A DNA stretch of 63,650 nucleotides, the filler included, from Octopus bimaculoides (taxonomy: Eukaryota): the NCBI RefSeq assembly GCF_001194135.2. It is 4 parts of 4 records of this genome, joined end to end, with 100 filler letters (N's around TTAATTAATTAA, not from the genome) between each part and the next. Parts side by side here need not be neighbours in the genome. Positions count along the whole stretch, not along the records: positions 36,438 to 60,084 come from NC_068997.1; 3 more parts are not named here. One strand, 5' to 3'. The position numbers and the translations under genes are program-made. Below the pieces are notes generated by a model. The model worked only from the letters and a program-made list of their open reading frames with translations, did not search any database and was not told the DNA's origin. Shown piece after piece: positions 36,695 to 49,420 of the stretch. Positions within the stretch are counted from its first letter, which is position 1, and each line of letters begins with the position of its first letter.

Positions 36695-37962
36695 GTGGAG
36701 GCGCAATGGCCCAGTGGTTAGGGCAGCGGACTCACGGTCATAGGATCATGGTTTCGATTCCCAGACCGGGCGTTGTGAGTGTTTATTGAGCGAAAACACC
36801 TAAAGCTCCATGAGGCTCCGGCAGGGGATGGTGGCGAACCCTGCTGTACTCTTTCACCACAACTTTTGGATCTATTTTAAAACGGGGGCCACATTTTTCA
36901 TTAATGTTTTACGTAATGTTTTTGGTACGGAAGACTTTCAAACTTCATATACTTATCTATTTTGTGTTATAGAACAGAAAAATATTTTTGTATTCGAATT
37001 TATTTCATGTAAAAAATTGTCTTATTTCGATAATTTCAACCAATCACTGACNNNNNNNNNNNNNNNNNNNNNNNNNNNNNNNNNNNNNNNNNNNNNNNNN
37101 NNNNNNNNNNNNNNNNNNNNNNNNNNNNNNNNNNNNNNNNNNNNNNNNNNNNNNNNNNNNNNNNNNNNNNNNNNNNNNNNNNNNNNNNNNNNNNNNNNNN
37201 NNNNNNNNNNNNNNNNNNNNNNNNNNNNNNNNNNNNNNNNNNNNNNNNNNNNNNNNNNNNNNNNNNNNNNNNNNNNNNNNNNNNNNNNNNNNNNNNNNNN
37301 NNNNNNNNNNNNNNNNNNNNNNNNNNNNNNNNNNNNNNNNNNNNNNNNNNNNNNNNNNNNNNNNNNNNNNNNNNNNNNNNNNNNNNNNNNNNNNNNNNNN
37401 NNNNNNNNNNNNNNNNNNNNNNNNNNNNNNNNNNNNNNNNNNNNNNNNNNNNNNNNNNNNNNNNNNNNNNNNNNNNNNNNNNNNNNNNNNNNNNNNNNNN
37501 NNNNNNNNNNNNNNNNNNNNNNNNNNNNNNNNNNNNNNNNNAATGTATATCGGCTGAATGGACGTCAGTGATTGGTTGAAATTACAGAAATACGACAACT
37601 TTAGCATGGAATAACTTATGGATTTCTTTTTCTTTTTAAGAAGACTAAGAGAAAAAGATGTTTTATATGACACATTCTACCAGTGTTCCAAGTTTCAAAG
37701 TGTTTCGTTAATGAAAAATGTGGCCCCCGTTTTAAAAAAGATCCCAACTTTCTCTCATTCTTACTTCCTATTTCTGTTGTGCCTGTAATTCAAAGGGTCA
37801 GCCTTGTCACACTGTGTCACACTGAATATCCCCGAGAACTACATTAAGGGTACATGTGTCTGTGGAGTGCTCAGCCACATGCACATTAATTTCACGAGCA
37901 GGCAGTTCCGTTGATTGGAACAACTGGAACCTTCGACATCGTCAGCGACAAAGTGCCAACAA
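36695..37962 (+). mobile_element. SINE family C split by a DNA transposon
   Basis: 5' part 36695-36866, 3' part 37746-37962; 13-bp TSD tgataaccattgt (36682-36694, 37963-37975). Confidence 0.9.
36867..37745. mobile_element. Non-autonomous fold-back DNA transposon (38-bp TIR, 6-bp TSD)
   Basis: TIRs 36867-36904 and 37708-37745 (36/38 identical); TSD aacttt (36861-36866, 37746-37751); second internal inverted repeat flanking the N gap. Confidence 0.85.
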
Positions 37963-38501
37963 TGATAACCATTGTAGAATGGTTATCACAAAACACATCT
38001 GAAAATGTTATAAGAATAAAAATTGACAATGTAATTTTTTCAAATATGTATCATAGTTTTCAATTGAACTATATATGCATGCATAAATGGATGTATGCTG
38101 AATGAAACAGAAAATGGAGCTAATTCTGGATTGAAGTGATTCTTTCTGTACGAAACATTGTTACAAGCAAACAATATTACAAATAAAACTTGTGTAGCTG
38201 AGATGTAATTTATATGTTCAGCATAACAAGTAGCAAAAAGAGGAGGAGGAGAGTATTGACGCAACACTATTGTGATAAAGCTATCATTAGAGAAAGAGAT
38301 TTGCAAAGTTGTCTAATTTATGCAGTAACACATAAATAGCAAGCATTGTGAAATTCTCAAAATGAAATCTGACTTTATCAATATGCTATTGACGTTATCA
38401 AACTGGCTTTTAACATTTACATCAATTACATTCATTTAAACAGCCTTTTTGTTTAAACTACAACAGGAATGAATAACAAAAAAAAGAAGTCGAAAACATA
38501 C

Positions 38502-38701
38502 CTTCAAGTTGTATATATTTTTCTCCACCATTCTTGTGCACAAAATCAAGCAGCTTTCCAAATTGTGGTTCAAATACCAAAGGCCAATGAGACCAAGCAG
38601 ATATGTCCTCTAGTAAGGGGCAATTGTGCAATGTTGCAAGAACAGTTTCTTGGTTTTGGTAGCCTAATATTCCAACCTTGCCAAGGGTGCAATTCATTGA
38701 T
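38502..38701 (-). CDS. Exon (200 nt, phase 2-1) of a NO VEIN-like protein
   Basis: tttcag|A TCA ATG ... GAA G|gtatgt; peptide SMNCTLGKVGILGYQNQETVLATLHNCPLLEDISAWSHWPLVFEPQFGKLLDFV; phase matches exon 48844-49001. Family call rests on the recalled 'PLLEDL..WS.W.LVF.P..G.L.DF' motif. Confidence 0.75.
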
Positions 38702-39407
38702 CTGAAACCACATGTAAAGTTATGATTATCATATCAGTCCATACTTTTCTTTAAAGTATGTGTGAGATGCAAAAAAATTGAAACAAGAATGTTGTGTGAA
38801 AACTTCTGTCATGAACCAGCCCTTTAGGTGTACTTGAACTCTGCTCTGTGCCTGATGAACATTCAAGTCCATTGACTGAGCTAGGAAAAGTTATAATCCT
38901 TGGCATTTATACTATTTAGTGCAGTAAACTGAACAGACTGTGAACTAAGAGCAAATCAAATCATGTGCAAGCCATAAACTCAATGAAATGTCAGACGCTT
39001 AAAGTCATTCTTTCATTCTGAATAGCTAAAAAGTGGGTATTATCTGACTTCAGATATTGTAGAATTTGTAGGAGAATATTTTTATATATAAAACAGTACA
39101 ATCTGCGGAAATTAGTGATAGACTGTCTTGGTAATTATAGAGTACGGACAGTTTTAAAATAGAATAAACTGGTTTGAACTGTTTTAACTATTTATGTTTT
39201 AGTTTACTAAGATGAGTGACTTTAGTTGAAACCTTTTCCTCAACATGTTTAGCTAATAATCCCCCAGTCTGTCAAATAACAAAGAGCCTGGATATGATTT
39301 CCAAGAGAGTTGCAAACAAATGACACCATGTATATGAATGGTGAGGCTTTTGTTTACAATCAGTGCACATGCACACACACACACATATGCTTACATATAT
39401 ACATATA

Positions 39408-39469
39408 CATGAAGAAGGCTGGAGTGTACACAGCCAAAATGTAGTGAAAACAACAAAAAGATGAGGACA
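39408..39469 (+). mobile_element. Headless relic of the hammerhead-SINE family
   Basis: catgaagaaggctggagtgtacacagccaaaatgtagtgaaaacaacaaaaagatgaggaca aligns with the 31293-31338 motif and its downstream tail; core mutated. Confidence 0.6.
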
Positions 39470-39493
39470 TCAGTCTGACTAATATAAACAGTA

Positions 39494-40790
39494 TCTATAA
39501 ATATAAAAATGAGAATGTGTGTCTGTCTGTCTGTGTGAATCCCTAAAACTCGAGAACTACGCAACCAATTTCATTCAAATTTTACACATGCCTTACTTAG
39601 GGTTCCAGTTGTGTTTTAGTCAAAAAAAAATTTTAACTTCTTCCAGAGTTCGAGCCCACAGCAACATAATATCTCCTCCACTATTTAAGTATTACGTGTA
39701 AAAGTGAAACAAAAACACTCATGTCAAATACTTTCACTTTAAAAATGAAACAATCACATTTCGATACTGTAATGACAGATACTTTCAGAGAGAGAGAGAA
39801 AGAGAGTAAGAGAGAAAGAGAGAAATAGAGAGAGAGAGAGAGATGTATATGTATACATATAGATGTANNNNNNNNNNNNNNNNNNNNNNNNNNNNNNNNN
39901 NNNNNNNNNNNNNNNNNNNNNNNNNNNNNNNNNNNNNNNNNNNNNNNNNNNNNNNNNNNNNNNNNNNNNNNNNNNNNNNNNNNNNNNNNNNNNNNNNNNN
40001 NNNNNNNNNNNNNNNNNNNNNNNNNNNNNNNNNNNNNNNNNNNNNNNNNNNNNNNNNNNNNNNNNNNNNNNNNNNNNNNNNNNNNNNNNNNNNNNNNNNN
40101 NNNNNNNNNNNNNNNNNNNNNNNNNNNNNNNNNNNNNNNNNNNNNNNNNNNNNNNNNNNNNNNNNNNNNNNNNNNNNNNNNNNNNNNNNNNNNNNNNNNN
40201 NNNNNNNNNNNNNNNNNNNNNNNNNNNNNNNNNNNNNNNNNNNNNNNNNNNNNNNNNNNNNNNNNNNNNNNNNNNNNNNNNNNNNNNNNNNNNNNNNNNN
40301 NNNNNNNNNNNNNNNNNNNNNNNNNNNNNNNNNNNNNNNNNNNNNNNNNNNNNNNNNNNNNNNNNNNNNNNNNNNNNNNNNNNNNNNNNNNNNNNNNNNN
40401 NNNNNNNNNNNNNNNNNNNNNNNNNNNNNNNNNNNNNNNNNNNNNNNNNNNNNNNNNNNNNNNNNNNNNNNNNNNNNNNNNNNNNNNNNNNNNNNNNNNN
40501 NNNNNNNNNNNNNNNNNNNNNAATTATTTCGTTGCAGACCTCCTTTGGGTCTTTTTATTATCACTACGACATACATAGTCCCCAGTTGGTAACATTGAAT
40601 TCAAGGCCCTCCTAGATGAGAGACTGGCATTCCACTTAATGTCTATGTTCCATGCTGGCATGGATTGGAGAGTTATTAATGTAGAAATATGGTATCGTAG
40701 CTACTAACAGTTGAGGGTTGCGTAGTCTAGACGGCGTTTTTAGATTTCATTATTCTCTTTAACCCGGGCAAAGCCGGGTATTTCTGCTAG
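39494..40790 (+). mobile_element. Non-autonomous Helitron
   Basis: A|TC 5' end (tctataaatataaaaatgag), 3' hairpin cccgggcaaagccggg then CTAG|T; contains an N gap. Confidence 0.8.
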
Positions 40791-40866
40791 TACATAATAT
40801 AAATTTCTCACCTCAGAAATATAGAATTATATTATCCAATCAGTACAGAGCCAACATAAGACATAG

Positions 40867-42345
40867 TGTTGTATCTCGTCAACATTGCTATGTCCTTCTT
40901 TGAACACACTGTATATGCCACTTTATAACATGTACTTATAACAATACAAATATAAATCAGAAACAACACGTAACAAACAATATCTCTTCTTAACAACTTC
41001 TACGACTGTCTTCACAAAGCGCTTGCACAAACCACACTATCCCTCACTGACAGTACGCATGCACCTTTATACGGTTTAGGACAGTTGACACATGGGTGTC
41101 AGGATTTCACTACATCTCCCTTTTTTGAGTTTGACTTTCATTGGAAGTCAATATCTTATTTTTATTTATTATCTTTATTACCACTTCTCCCCACTTTTTT
41201 TTTCAATTCTCCAGGAAGAAATTGGAATATTTTTTTTGTTTTCGGTCTACTTGCAAAAGTTCTGTTTGCTTTCTTTTAGGAAGTCACTATACTCATTAGT
41301 TCAATTATTCCTTGAGGCATTGGGACATCAAAAATGTCATAAAGAAATTCCATTGGCTCTTCATGTCTTATTCTTTCTTCTGTAAACTTTTTTCAGTTGG
41401 TTTAGACACTTGTGTTCCCATATATGACTTTTTACTATGTACGTTATTTTTCCTAAATGTTTACTTATCATACCTTCTTCCCAACCTTCCTTTCTGTTTC
41501 TGTATATTTAAAAAAAATCCTTGTCACAAATTTTGAAGTATTTCATCTTATTTTTGGTGTTTCTCTCCATTTTTCCTTTTCTTTTCAGTAGTAATTTGTC
41601 AAACACTGACCTGACTTTCCTGTTGAACATTAGTTCAGCTGGTAACATAACTGATGTGGTGTGGGGGTTAGGTGATATTCAGTAGACACTTAAGGATTGC
41701 GTCAATACAGTATCAGCTAGTAGTTCATTTCTAGGCTTTTTTCAGCTAGTCCATTCGATCTTGGATGGTATGGCAGAGTAGTAATATGCTCCATTGCATG
41801 CATTTTGCAAAAGTTTTAAAATTCCATTGATGTGAACTGTATTTCGTTATCAGACACTATGGTGTCTGGGACACCATATCGTGCAAAAAGTTCATCCAGA
41901 AATTCCATCATTACTTTGAAGGTTGGCTTCCCACATTTACATATTTCTGGCCATTTCGTGTAACTATCCACGACTATTAGATAATACCCTCCATTTAATG
42001 GTCCTGTGAAGTGTATGTGTAATCTTGACCAAGGTACATCCGTGTTGGGCCAAGGTGGAATTTTTATAGGTGGTGCCTTTGCTGCCAAGGGACAAACCTT
42101 GCAGGCTTTCACCAATTTTCAATATCCTGATCCATATTTGGCCAGTAAACATAGCTTCTCATCAATACTTTCATTCTCGCGATTCCTGGGTGTCCCATGT
42201 GGAATTCTTTTAACATACGGTTTTGCAAAGAAACAGGTATTACAACCCTCTGAGCATACATAAGTATGTCATCACATATCGAATACCATTTTGAAACTGT
42301 GTTACAATCGATCACGTAAGTTTTTGTATTTGTTTCAAACTTCAC
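40867..42345 (-). mobile_element. Gypsy element 1: integrase, PPT and 3' LTR
   Basis: 'EFHMGHPGIARMK..RSYVYWP', 'WSRLHIHFTGPL..LIVVDSYTKWPE', 'GVPDTIVSDN..QFTS'; PPT aaaaaagggaga then LTR TGTAGTG...ACAACA (41114-40867). Confidence 0.85.
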
Positions 42346-44564
42346 CTCTCATTACAAGCAAATCAGTTTACAATCAATTTTTTGAACATAAAATGTCTTG
42401 GGTGACAAACTGTCTCAAGTAATTTCATATCCTGGTGTTGGTTAAATAATTTAACGAAGCAGGGGGAAAAAAGGATTTACACGATACACTACGATTACTG
42501 TTACACAAGGTTAAACGCTCTCTGCCAATGGCTCACAGTGAACTGCTTACTCTCAATTGCTGACAGTTCTTTATTTTATAGCAATGTGTCAGTCCACTTT
42601 CAGTTACTCAAGTGGGTGGTTAGAATCCTTCCACAACATCTCCCCTTTTTAGAATTAGTCTCCCCTAACTTCTCTCCTTTTGAGAATTAAACTCTACTCA
42701 GTTTTAATATCGCTTATGCTTACAGTTTAATTCCAGTGTTTCCATCTTTTTCCCGTTTTCTGGTGCTAGAATGTGTAGTTTCAAATTGTTTAGGTGTTGG
42801 TAGCTCAAATGTATTGTACAATACTTTCATGGGTATTTCATTTCTCATGACTGTTTCTTCCATGAATCTTTTTCTAAGTCGGTTTACATATCTTTTATAG
42901 TCAACATTTTTTTTCTTTTTACCAGGAATAACATTCTTCCAGCTTGTTTAATAATTACACCGTCCTCCCAGCATTCTTTACCATATCTATAGGTTTTAAA
43001 AATAACTTTGTAACCTAACTTGAAGAATTTTGAAGTATATTTGTTGTTCACCTTTTTTCTATTTTCACTCAGTATCAATTTATGAAAAGCAGGTCTGATC
43101 TTTCAAGGAACCATCAATTTTGCAGGTGACATTCCAGACAGAGCATTTGGATTAGATGTTACACGGTACACTTCTGTAGAGTGGATGGCATTATGACTCT
43201 TTGTGTGTACATCACACATTGTCACACATCTAGAAAGGGTTCAAAGTTGTGTTGTGCTCAGTAAAATGCATATTTTTATCTCTTTTAGCCCTTAGCAATA
43301 CTTTCATTTTTTTAATGAATTTATTGTTTTCTGGTTTAAATTTTGTCTTGCAATGTGACTAACAGTTCACACATGATGTCACACAAAACATTTTTAATTT
43401 CATTTTCTGCTCACAGTGCAGTAATCATGGTATCTTTATGTGGTTAAGCATTTTTTGAAATCAGTCTTGAGAAACAATCAGCATGACCTAATTTCTTAGA
43501 AGGTGTATACTTCATCTTAAAATCATAGTTTAATAATATAGTACCCCAGCATTGCAACCTATTAGCAGTATGGGTAGGAATTCCTTTCTATAATAACAGA
43601 CAATGATCAGTTTGTAGTCAAAAACTTCTGTTTTAAAATCTATGGAATTCTTTTACAGCAAAAATAATCGCTAGAGTCTCTTGCTCAATTTAGCTGTGAT
43701 TTTTTACTGCTGATATCAGAGAATGTGAGGCATGGACTACCAACTTCATGTTACTATCTTTATATTTATGTAGCATTACTACTCCTATACTGTACTCAGA
43801 GGTATCTGAAGCTATTACAATCTCCACTGCAGGATTGAAGTGTGCTAACGACAAATCAGATGTTAATATTTTTAAAATTTTGTCGAATGCCTTCTGACAA
43901 TTTTCAGACCAGTTCCACTTTACATCTTTTTTTTAATAGATTATTTAGTGAAACTCTTACCTTATGCATATTTGGAATATAACTTTGGTAATAACTTTCC
44001 AGTCCCAAAAAGCTTGTAAGACTGCTATAATTGTCAGAGGGGGCATATTTTTAATTGTGTCAATGGATCAGGTCCATGTCCATTTTTGTCAATGATTTGT
44101 CCTAAATATTTTATTTTCAGTAAGAAAAATTCACACTTTTCTTCAAAGTAATGTCTGAACCCTAATTTTTACACACACCTATTTTATGTGCTCTACATGT
44201 TGGTCCCAGCATTCACTTTTTATGAGTAAACCATCCAGATATGGAATTGCAAATACACAGTATGCTAACATTGCATCCATAATCTGTTGAAGAATTGCCA
44301 GTGCGACTTTTAAAGCAAATGGTAACCTGTTGTATTTATACAGTCCTTTATGTGTGTTAATTGTTAGGTATTTAGAGCATTCATCGTTTACTCTAATTTG
44401 TAGGTATGCATCAGAAAGAACCAATCTAGAAAATATCTTGCCACTGTTTAATTTCACAAATATGTCCTCCAGAGTAGGTAGTGGATAGTGGAACATTTTA
44501 AGACATTCATTTAAACCAGTGGAAAAATCAGCACACATTCTGATTTTACTATTTTTTTTGTTAA

Positions 44565-47391
44565 CCCTTTCGATACTAACCTGACTATAGCTGGCCGAAA
44601 AATATTTTGGTTTATAAGACCAACCCGGCCGTAGCCGACTGAGCGTACCCATTGTTATTTAAATGTAATTTGAACACAAATCTTGTTAGTACATTTGTGA
44701 AAACACGTAATTTCACTTTGTAAACAGTTGAGTTATGGTATCCGACACTGTTTGGCGTGATATTTGAACTCGGTGAATTTTGGAAGATTTTTTTTCCATA
44801 TTTTTTCAGCATTGATTTTTTTCAACTTTGAAAATGGAGAGGGGTTTCATGCTATGAAGCAGTGACTCCAAATTTGAAGACTTTTCAATGGAAGATATGG
44901 AGATATCGAGAAAAAGAATGAATGAGGTACAAAAGTACGTGGTAAATGAAAATGAATTGGATATTTCTGTATCCGAAACCGAAAGCAGTGATTCTGAAGA
45001 AACTGAAAGCGGCGACAGTGACAGTGAGGATGATTTTACACTAAAATGGAGTCAAAACTTTAAAAATGTTTTTATTAACAATTTTTCTGAGGAGACAGGG
45101 TCTACTCATAGTCTTTCTCAAGAAGCGAAACCATTAGACTTTTTATTCTTATTTTTTCCAGCATGCTTGTTTGAAGCAATCACTGTGGAAACAAACCATT
45201 ACGCAGAATGTAAACAAGCTGGAAAAAAAGATAGCTTGTAGTTTCCCACAACCGTAGAAGAAATACGGGCATTTTTTGCCATAAATGTTATTATGGGTAT
45301 AACACAGTTACCCAGGATTACAAATTACTGGAGCAATCAGGAACCTTTTGACAATCAGTATGTTTCCAGTATTATGACCCAAATATGATTTGTGAAACTG
45401 AACCAGTATTTACATGTGAAAGACACTAGCCGTACCCCAGTATGTGGAGAACCAAACTTTGATCCCATATTTAAAACAACACCCTTCATTGACTGCGTTC
45501 AAAATGCATATAAAACATTTTACAACCCTGAGAGATACTTATCTGTCAATGAGGGCACGGTGGGGTATAAAGAAAGGGTACATTTCCGACAGTATATGCC
45601 AGGAAAGCCCACGAAATGGGGGATCAAAGTTTGGAAAATTTGTGAAGTAAATACTGGGTACTGCTGTGGATTTAGTTTTTATACAGGAAAAAGAGACAAT
45701 AATGTTAGTCAGCAAGGTCTAGGGTACGAAGTGCTTTGGAATTTATCACTTCCATACCATAACCAAGGCCATATATTATTCTTTGAATGATTTTTTTAGT
45801 TCGGTCAAACTTGCAGTGGATTTAGAAGCTGTGGCAACGTATACGTGTGTCACAGTAATTGCTGCAGTTGGATATAAAAAAAGCAAAATTTTAAAAAGAG
45901 GTGAAATAATCCAACGGCAGAAAGGAAGTCTGCTAGTGACCGCATACAGAGATAAGAGGCAGATAAATTTTCTATCTACCGGTGCACAACCATGTGTAGA
46001 TGAAAATGGCACCCTGTTTGTGAACCATGATTATAACAGGTACATGAGCAGTGTGGATCAGCTGAACCAGATGATGAGTTATTATCCGGTTGGTAGACCG
46101 GGTAATAAATGGTGGCGATACCTGTTTTGGTATATAGTAAACATGAGCATTGTAAATACATTAATATTATATACCAAATCAGGAGAGGCTCGCAAGTGGT
46201 GCAACCACCTGCAGTTTGGAGCAGATGTAGGAATGCAGTTGAGGGCAGGTTATTCTTCCAAAAAAATAACTGCAGGAAGGAAAAGCAAAGCCTGCCAGAG
46301 AGAAATCCTTCTGAGTTCAGCCGATCTACATAAATTAGAAAAAATTGGGGGTCGCAAAAGGCAGTGCAGTGAATATCTACATAAACAAAGATAAACTCCC
46401 AGTGGACGGCCAGTTGAAACGTCTTTCCAATATGCATTCTCATTTCTTTATTGCCCACAAGGGGCTAAACATAGAGGGGACAAACAAGGGATTAAGTCGA
46501 TTACTTTGACCCCAGTGCATAACTGGTACTTAATTTATCGACCCCAAATGGATGAAAGGCAAAGTCGACCTCGGCGGAATTTGAACTCAGAAGATAAACA
46601 GACGAAATACTGCTAAGCATTTAGCCTGGCATGCTAACGTTTCTGCCAGATTGCAAGGTTGCAGTATGTAGAGTGGAATGTTTTACAACTTTCCATGATA
46701 GAAATATTGTGTGAATATTGTATATATGTATTATTAGATAGTATAAATATTTTTCAAATTTACTTCGTTTTACATTTTATTTTAATTTACCAGGAATTTA
46801 AATTTACCTGTAATTTTAATCAACCTGTAATTCTAATTTGCCTGTAAGGTTAGTGACCAGTTTTGATTTAATTTCTATTTTAAATCTTTGTTATATATGT
46901 TCCTGTGTATTCATATATGTGTGTGAGTATATTTCATTTAGTTGATGGATTTCATATTCTAGTTTTCTTCAAAAACAAATTCCAGTATTTCAGTTTATTT
47001 TACCTTTATGGTACACCTGTTCTTCTGTGCATCAAATTCAACTGATAATCTTGTGAAGTGCACAATTCTTCTATAACAAAATTTTGTTGCATACCCAATT
47101 GAATATTAGCTGACGACTCATTTTCTATGACAATGTTTAAACAAAATTTTAATATTTTTACATTTTGCTCAGTTCACCTGGATTTACCTGTAATTAGAGT
47201 CACTTTGAGACAAAAATTATGCAATAGAATTAAGAACCCTTTCTTGAATTATGTTCCAAATATCAAAATATGTTGATAAGTAAAAAAAGTTACAGTTGTT
47301 TAATGAAACTGGTCTAAATTCATGATTATTTTAGAACTTAATTGAAACTCATGAGGGCTGTATTTTGGTTAGAAATATAGTAACAAAAGGG
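44565..47391 (+). mobile_element. piggyBac transposon, both ends present, transposase disrupted
   Basis: TTAA|CCCTTTCGATACTA ... TAGTAACAAAAGGG|TTAA (12/14 TIR match); transposase 'FRQYMPGKPTKWGIKVW', 'YNRYMSSVDQLNQ', Cys-rich end; expected catalytic D positions read N and E. Confidence 0.9.
46443..46650 (-). mobile_element. SINE family A inserted in the piggyBac Cys-rich domain
   Basis: Reverse complement of 1826-2061 including the same tail. Confidence 0.85.
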
Positions 47392-48843
47392 TTAATGTAC
47401 ACAGCTGGTGCTGCCCATTGACTATATTCTACTTTTTGAATAACTCCATGTTTATCTGTTCTAACGCTGCGAAAGGTACAGTTTGCTTTGGTTTAAAGCA
47501 TTTTATATTTTTCAACTGACAGTTACATTTAAAATGTAGACCACTGCACCCATAACATGGATATGGTCTTGACATTTTTTCTCTTTTTTCTTATTCATTA
47601 ACAGTTAACACATGGCATTCTTCTGCTACTTCCAGTGGAGTTAATTTTTGGTTCTGTTCTAATTTTGTTAATATCCAGGAACATATATCTGTATCTTTGC
47701 TTGCAATTAACCCTTGAACAAAAATTAGACATTTGAACATGTCTGGGGTTAATTCATTTAATTTAAATTGTTCATACTCTCTTTTAACAACCCCAGCATA
47801 GGTGGAAAAATCTTCATCATCTTTTTTAACAAAATTTAAACACTGCCAGTGAGTATTGAACAGGGAATTTCTTTCACTGATAATTTTCAAGAAAAAATTA
47901 GTTGTTTCATTGAAACAAATCTCACCTGGTTTCTTTGGCAGAATATAGTTACTATAGTTTTCATGTTCAGCAAGGGATAACTTTCTTAATAGTTGTACTT
48001 TTTTCTCATCAGACTAATTTTTACATTCTTCTTTGAAAGTTTCTTCATATCTTTGAAAATATGCAAAGAAGGTCATCTCTTACTCTGGTTTATAGCTGAA
48101 TTCTTCAACTGAATTTGCTACTCTGTCTGGGGAGTAAGAACCTACAGTATTTTCCAACTTCTTTTAGTCACTTGGAGGTGGTTGGAGTCCTTCCACAACA
48201 AGTAATGAACACACAAACCAGCAGTAATGGTTGGCAACAAGCTAGCAGTATCAGCAAGAGAGTGTCAGTTGGTGTTTAGTTTTCACTCAGTGCACATCCC
48301 TGCTTGAATTCACTATGCCTTCTCTTGAATTTTCTATGGGGAAAACAGTTTTAGCCTACAGATATTTCAGGTGATGAACAGCCTTCAGGAACAAATCAAA
48401 TTCATAAACCAAGGTTCCACTGGATATAAAAACACCAATTCTTCTACAGGGTAGTTGAGGAATAGTAAAATATTTTACTTTAGAAACAATGTATGACCTA
48501 TTAGTTCAAAATCTAGAACAACCATTATCATTCACCACTAGATAAAAAATTAAAATCAAATTAACTAGAGTCTGTACAGTGATTTTTCAGCCTACTAGAA
48601 ATAGCAACCACATTTCTTTCAAATCATACCATACATTCTTAAAAAAAAAAGAAAAGAAAAATGTGGAAAATATTAACTAAAATAGTCAATGCCTAAATAA
48701 AGAAAGACAAGATAATCATGACCTGAACTTCTTCGATCCTAGATATGCTTGATCGAGGTTGACTTGATCAACACTATCTAGATAACAAATATAATAAAGG
48801 AGAACTTAAAGAAATTATGTAAGAAGGACAGTAAAATGTTTAC

Positions 48844-49001
48844 CTTTCCTGAGAACAGAGAGCAGCTTCATAAAAGACATGTGAGGCTGGATACGGTCTT
48901 TTACTGGCTAAATCAACTATATGCTGGACAGTACCATGACCAATGCTTTTTAAATTCTTCACAGTATAATGATGGCAGAGAGCATTTTCAATTAAATTAT
49001 T
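48844..49001 (-). CDS. Exon (158 nt, phase 0-2) of a NO VEIN-like protein
   Basis: ttatttccag|AAT ... GAA AG|gtaaac; peptide NNLIENALCHHYTVKNLKSIGHGTVQHIVDLASKRPYPASHVFYEAALCSQE. Confidence 0.75.
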
Positions 49002-49384
49002 CTGGAAATAACAGAAGTTAAAGTATAAATTACAATTTTGGCTTAAAACCAAAGTTCAGCTACCATATTGATTTCTTACCTAAGCTTAGGGCCTCAGATT
49101 GATAAGTAAAGAGCATTCATGAGTAAGTGAAATGGCTAAGACTAGTATTTCAAACTGATTCATAAAATTTAAATCATTGAGATCTTGACTTTTACACTAG
49201 AAGTTTCAGAATGTGGTTTTAAAGACAGGAGATAAGTTTGTATCGTGGGCAAGATATAGCTGCAACAGAAACCAAAGACTATATAGGAGTTGTGAAAAAG
49301 AAAGTAAAATTCAATAGTGAGCCACTGATTGGAACATTACTGTGAAAAAAAAGTTAGTCTATCAGCACATGGCATTACTTTCCA

Positions 49385-49385
<1 letters not shown>

Positions 49386-49420
<35 letters not shown>

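Larger units (their letters stand above)
42436..48200 (-). mobile_element. Gypsy element 2, internally deleted (partial 5' LTR, gag, RT/RNase H, integrase tail, PPT, 3' LTR)
   Basis: LTR start TGTTGTGGAAGGA at 48200 and at 42638 (after PPT aaaaaggggaga); gag 'FKCLIFVQGL' and knuckle 'CYGCSGLHFKCNC'; RT 'IRMCADFSTGLN', 'DLSDAYLQ'-like, 'YLDG'; RNase H 'VIASDTSEYSIG'-like. Confidence 0.85.
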
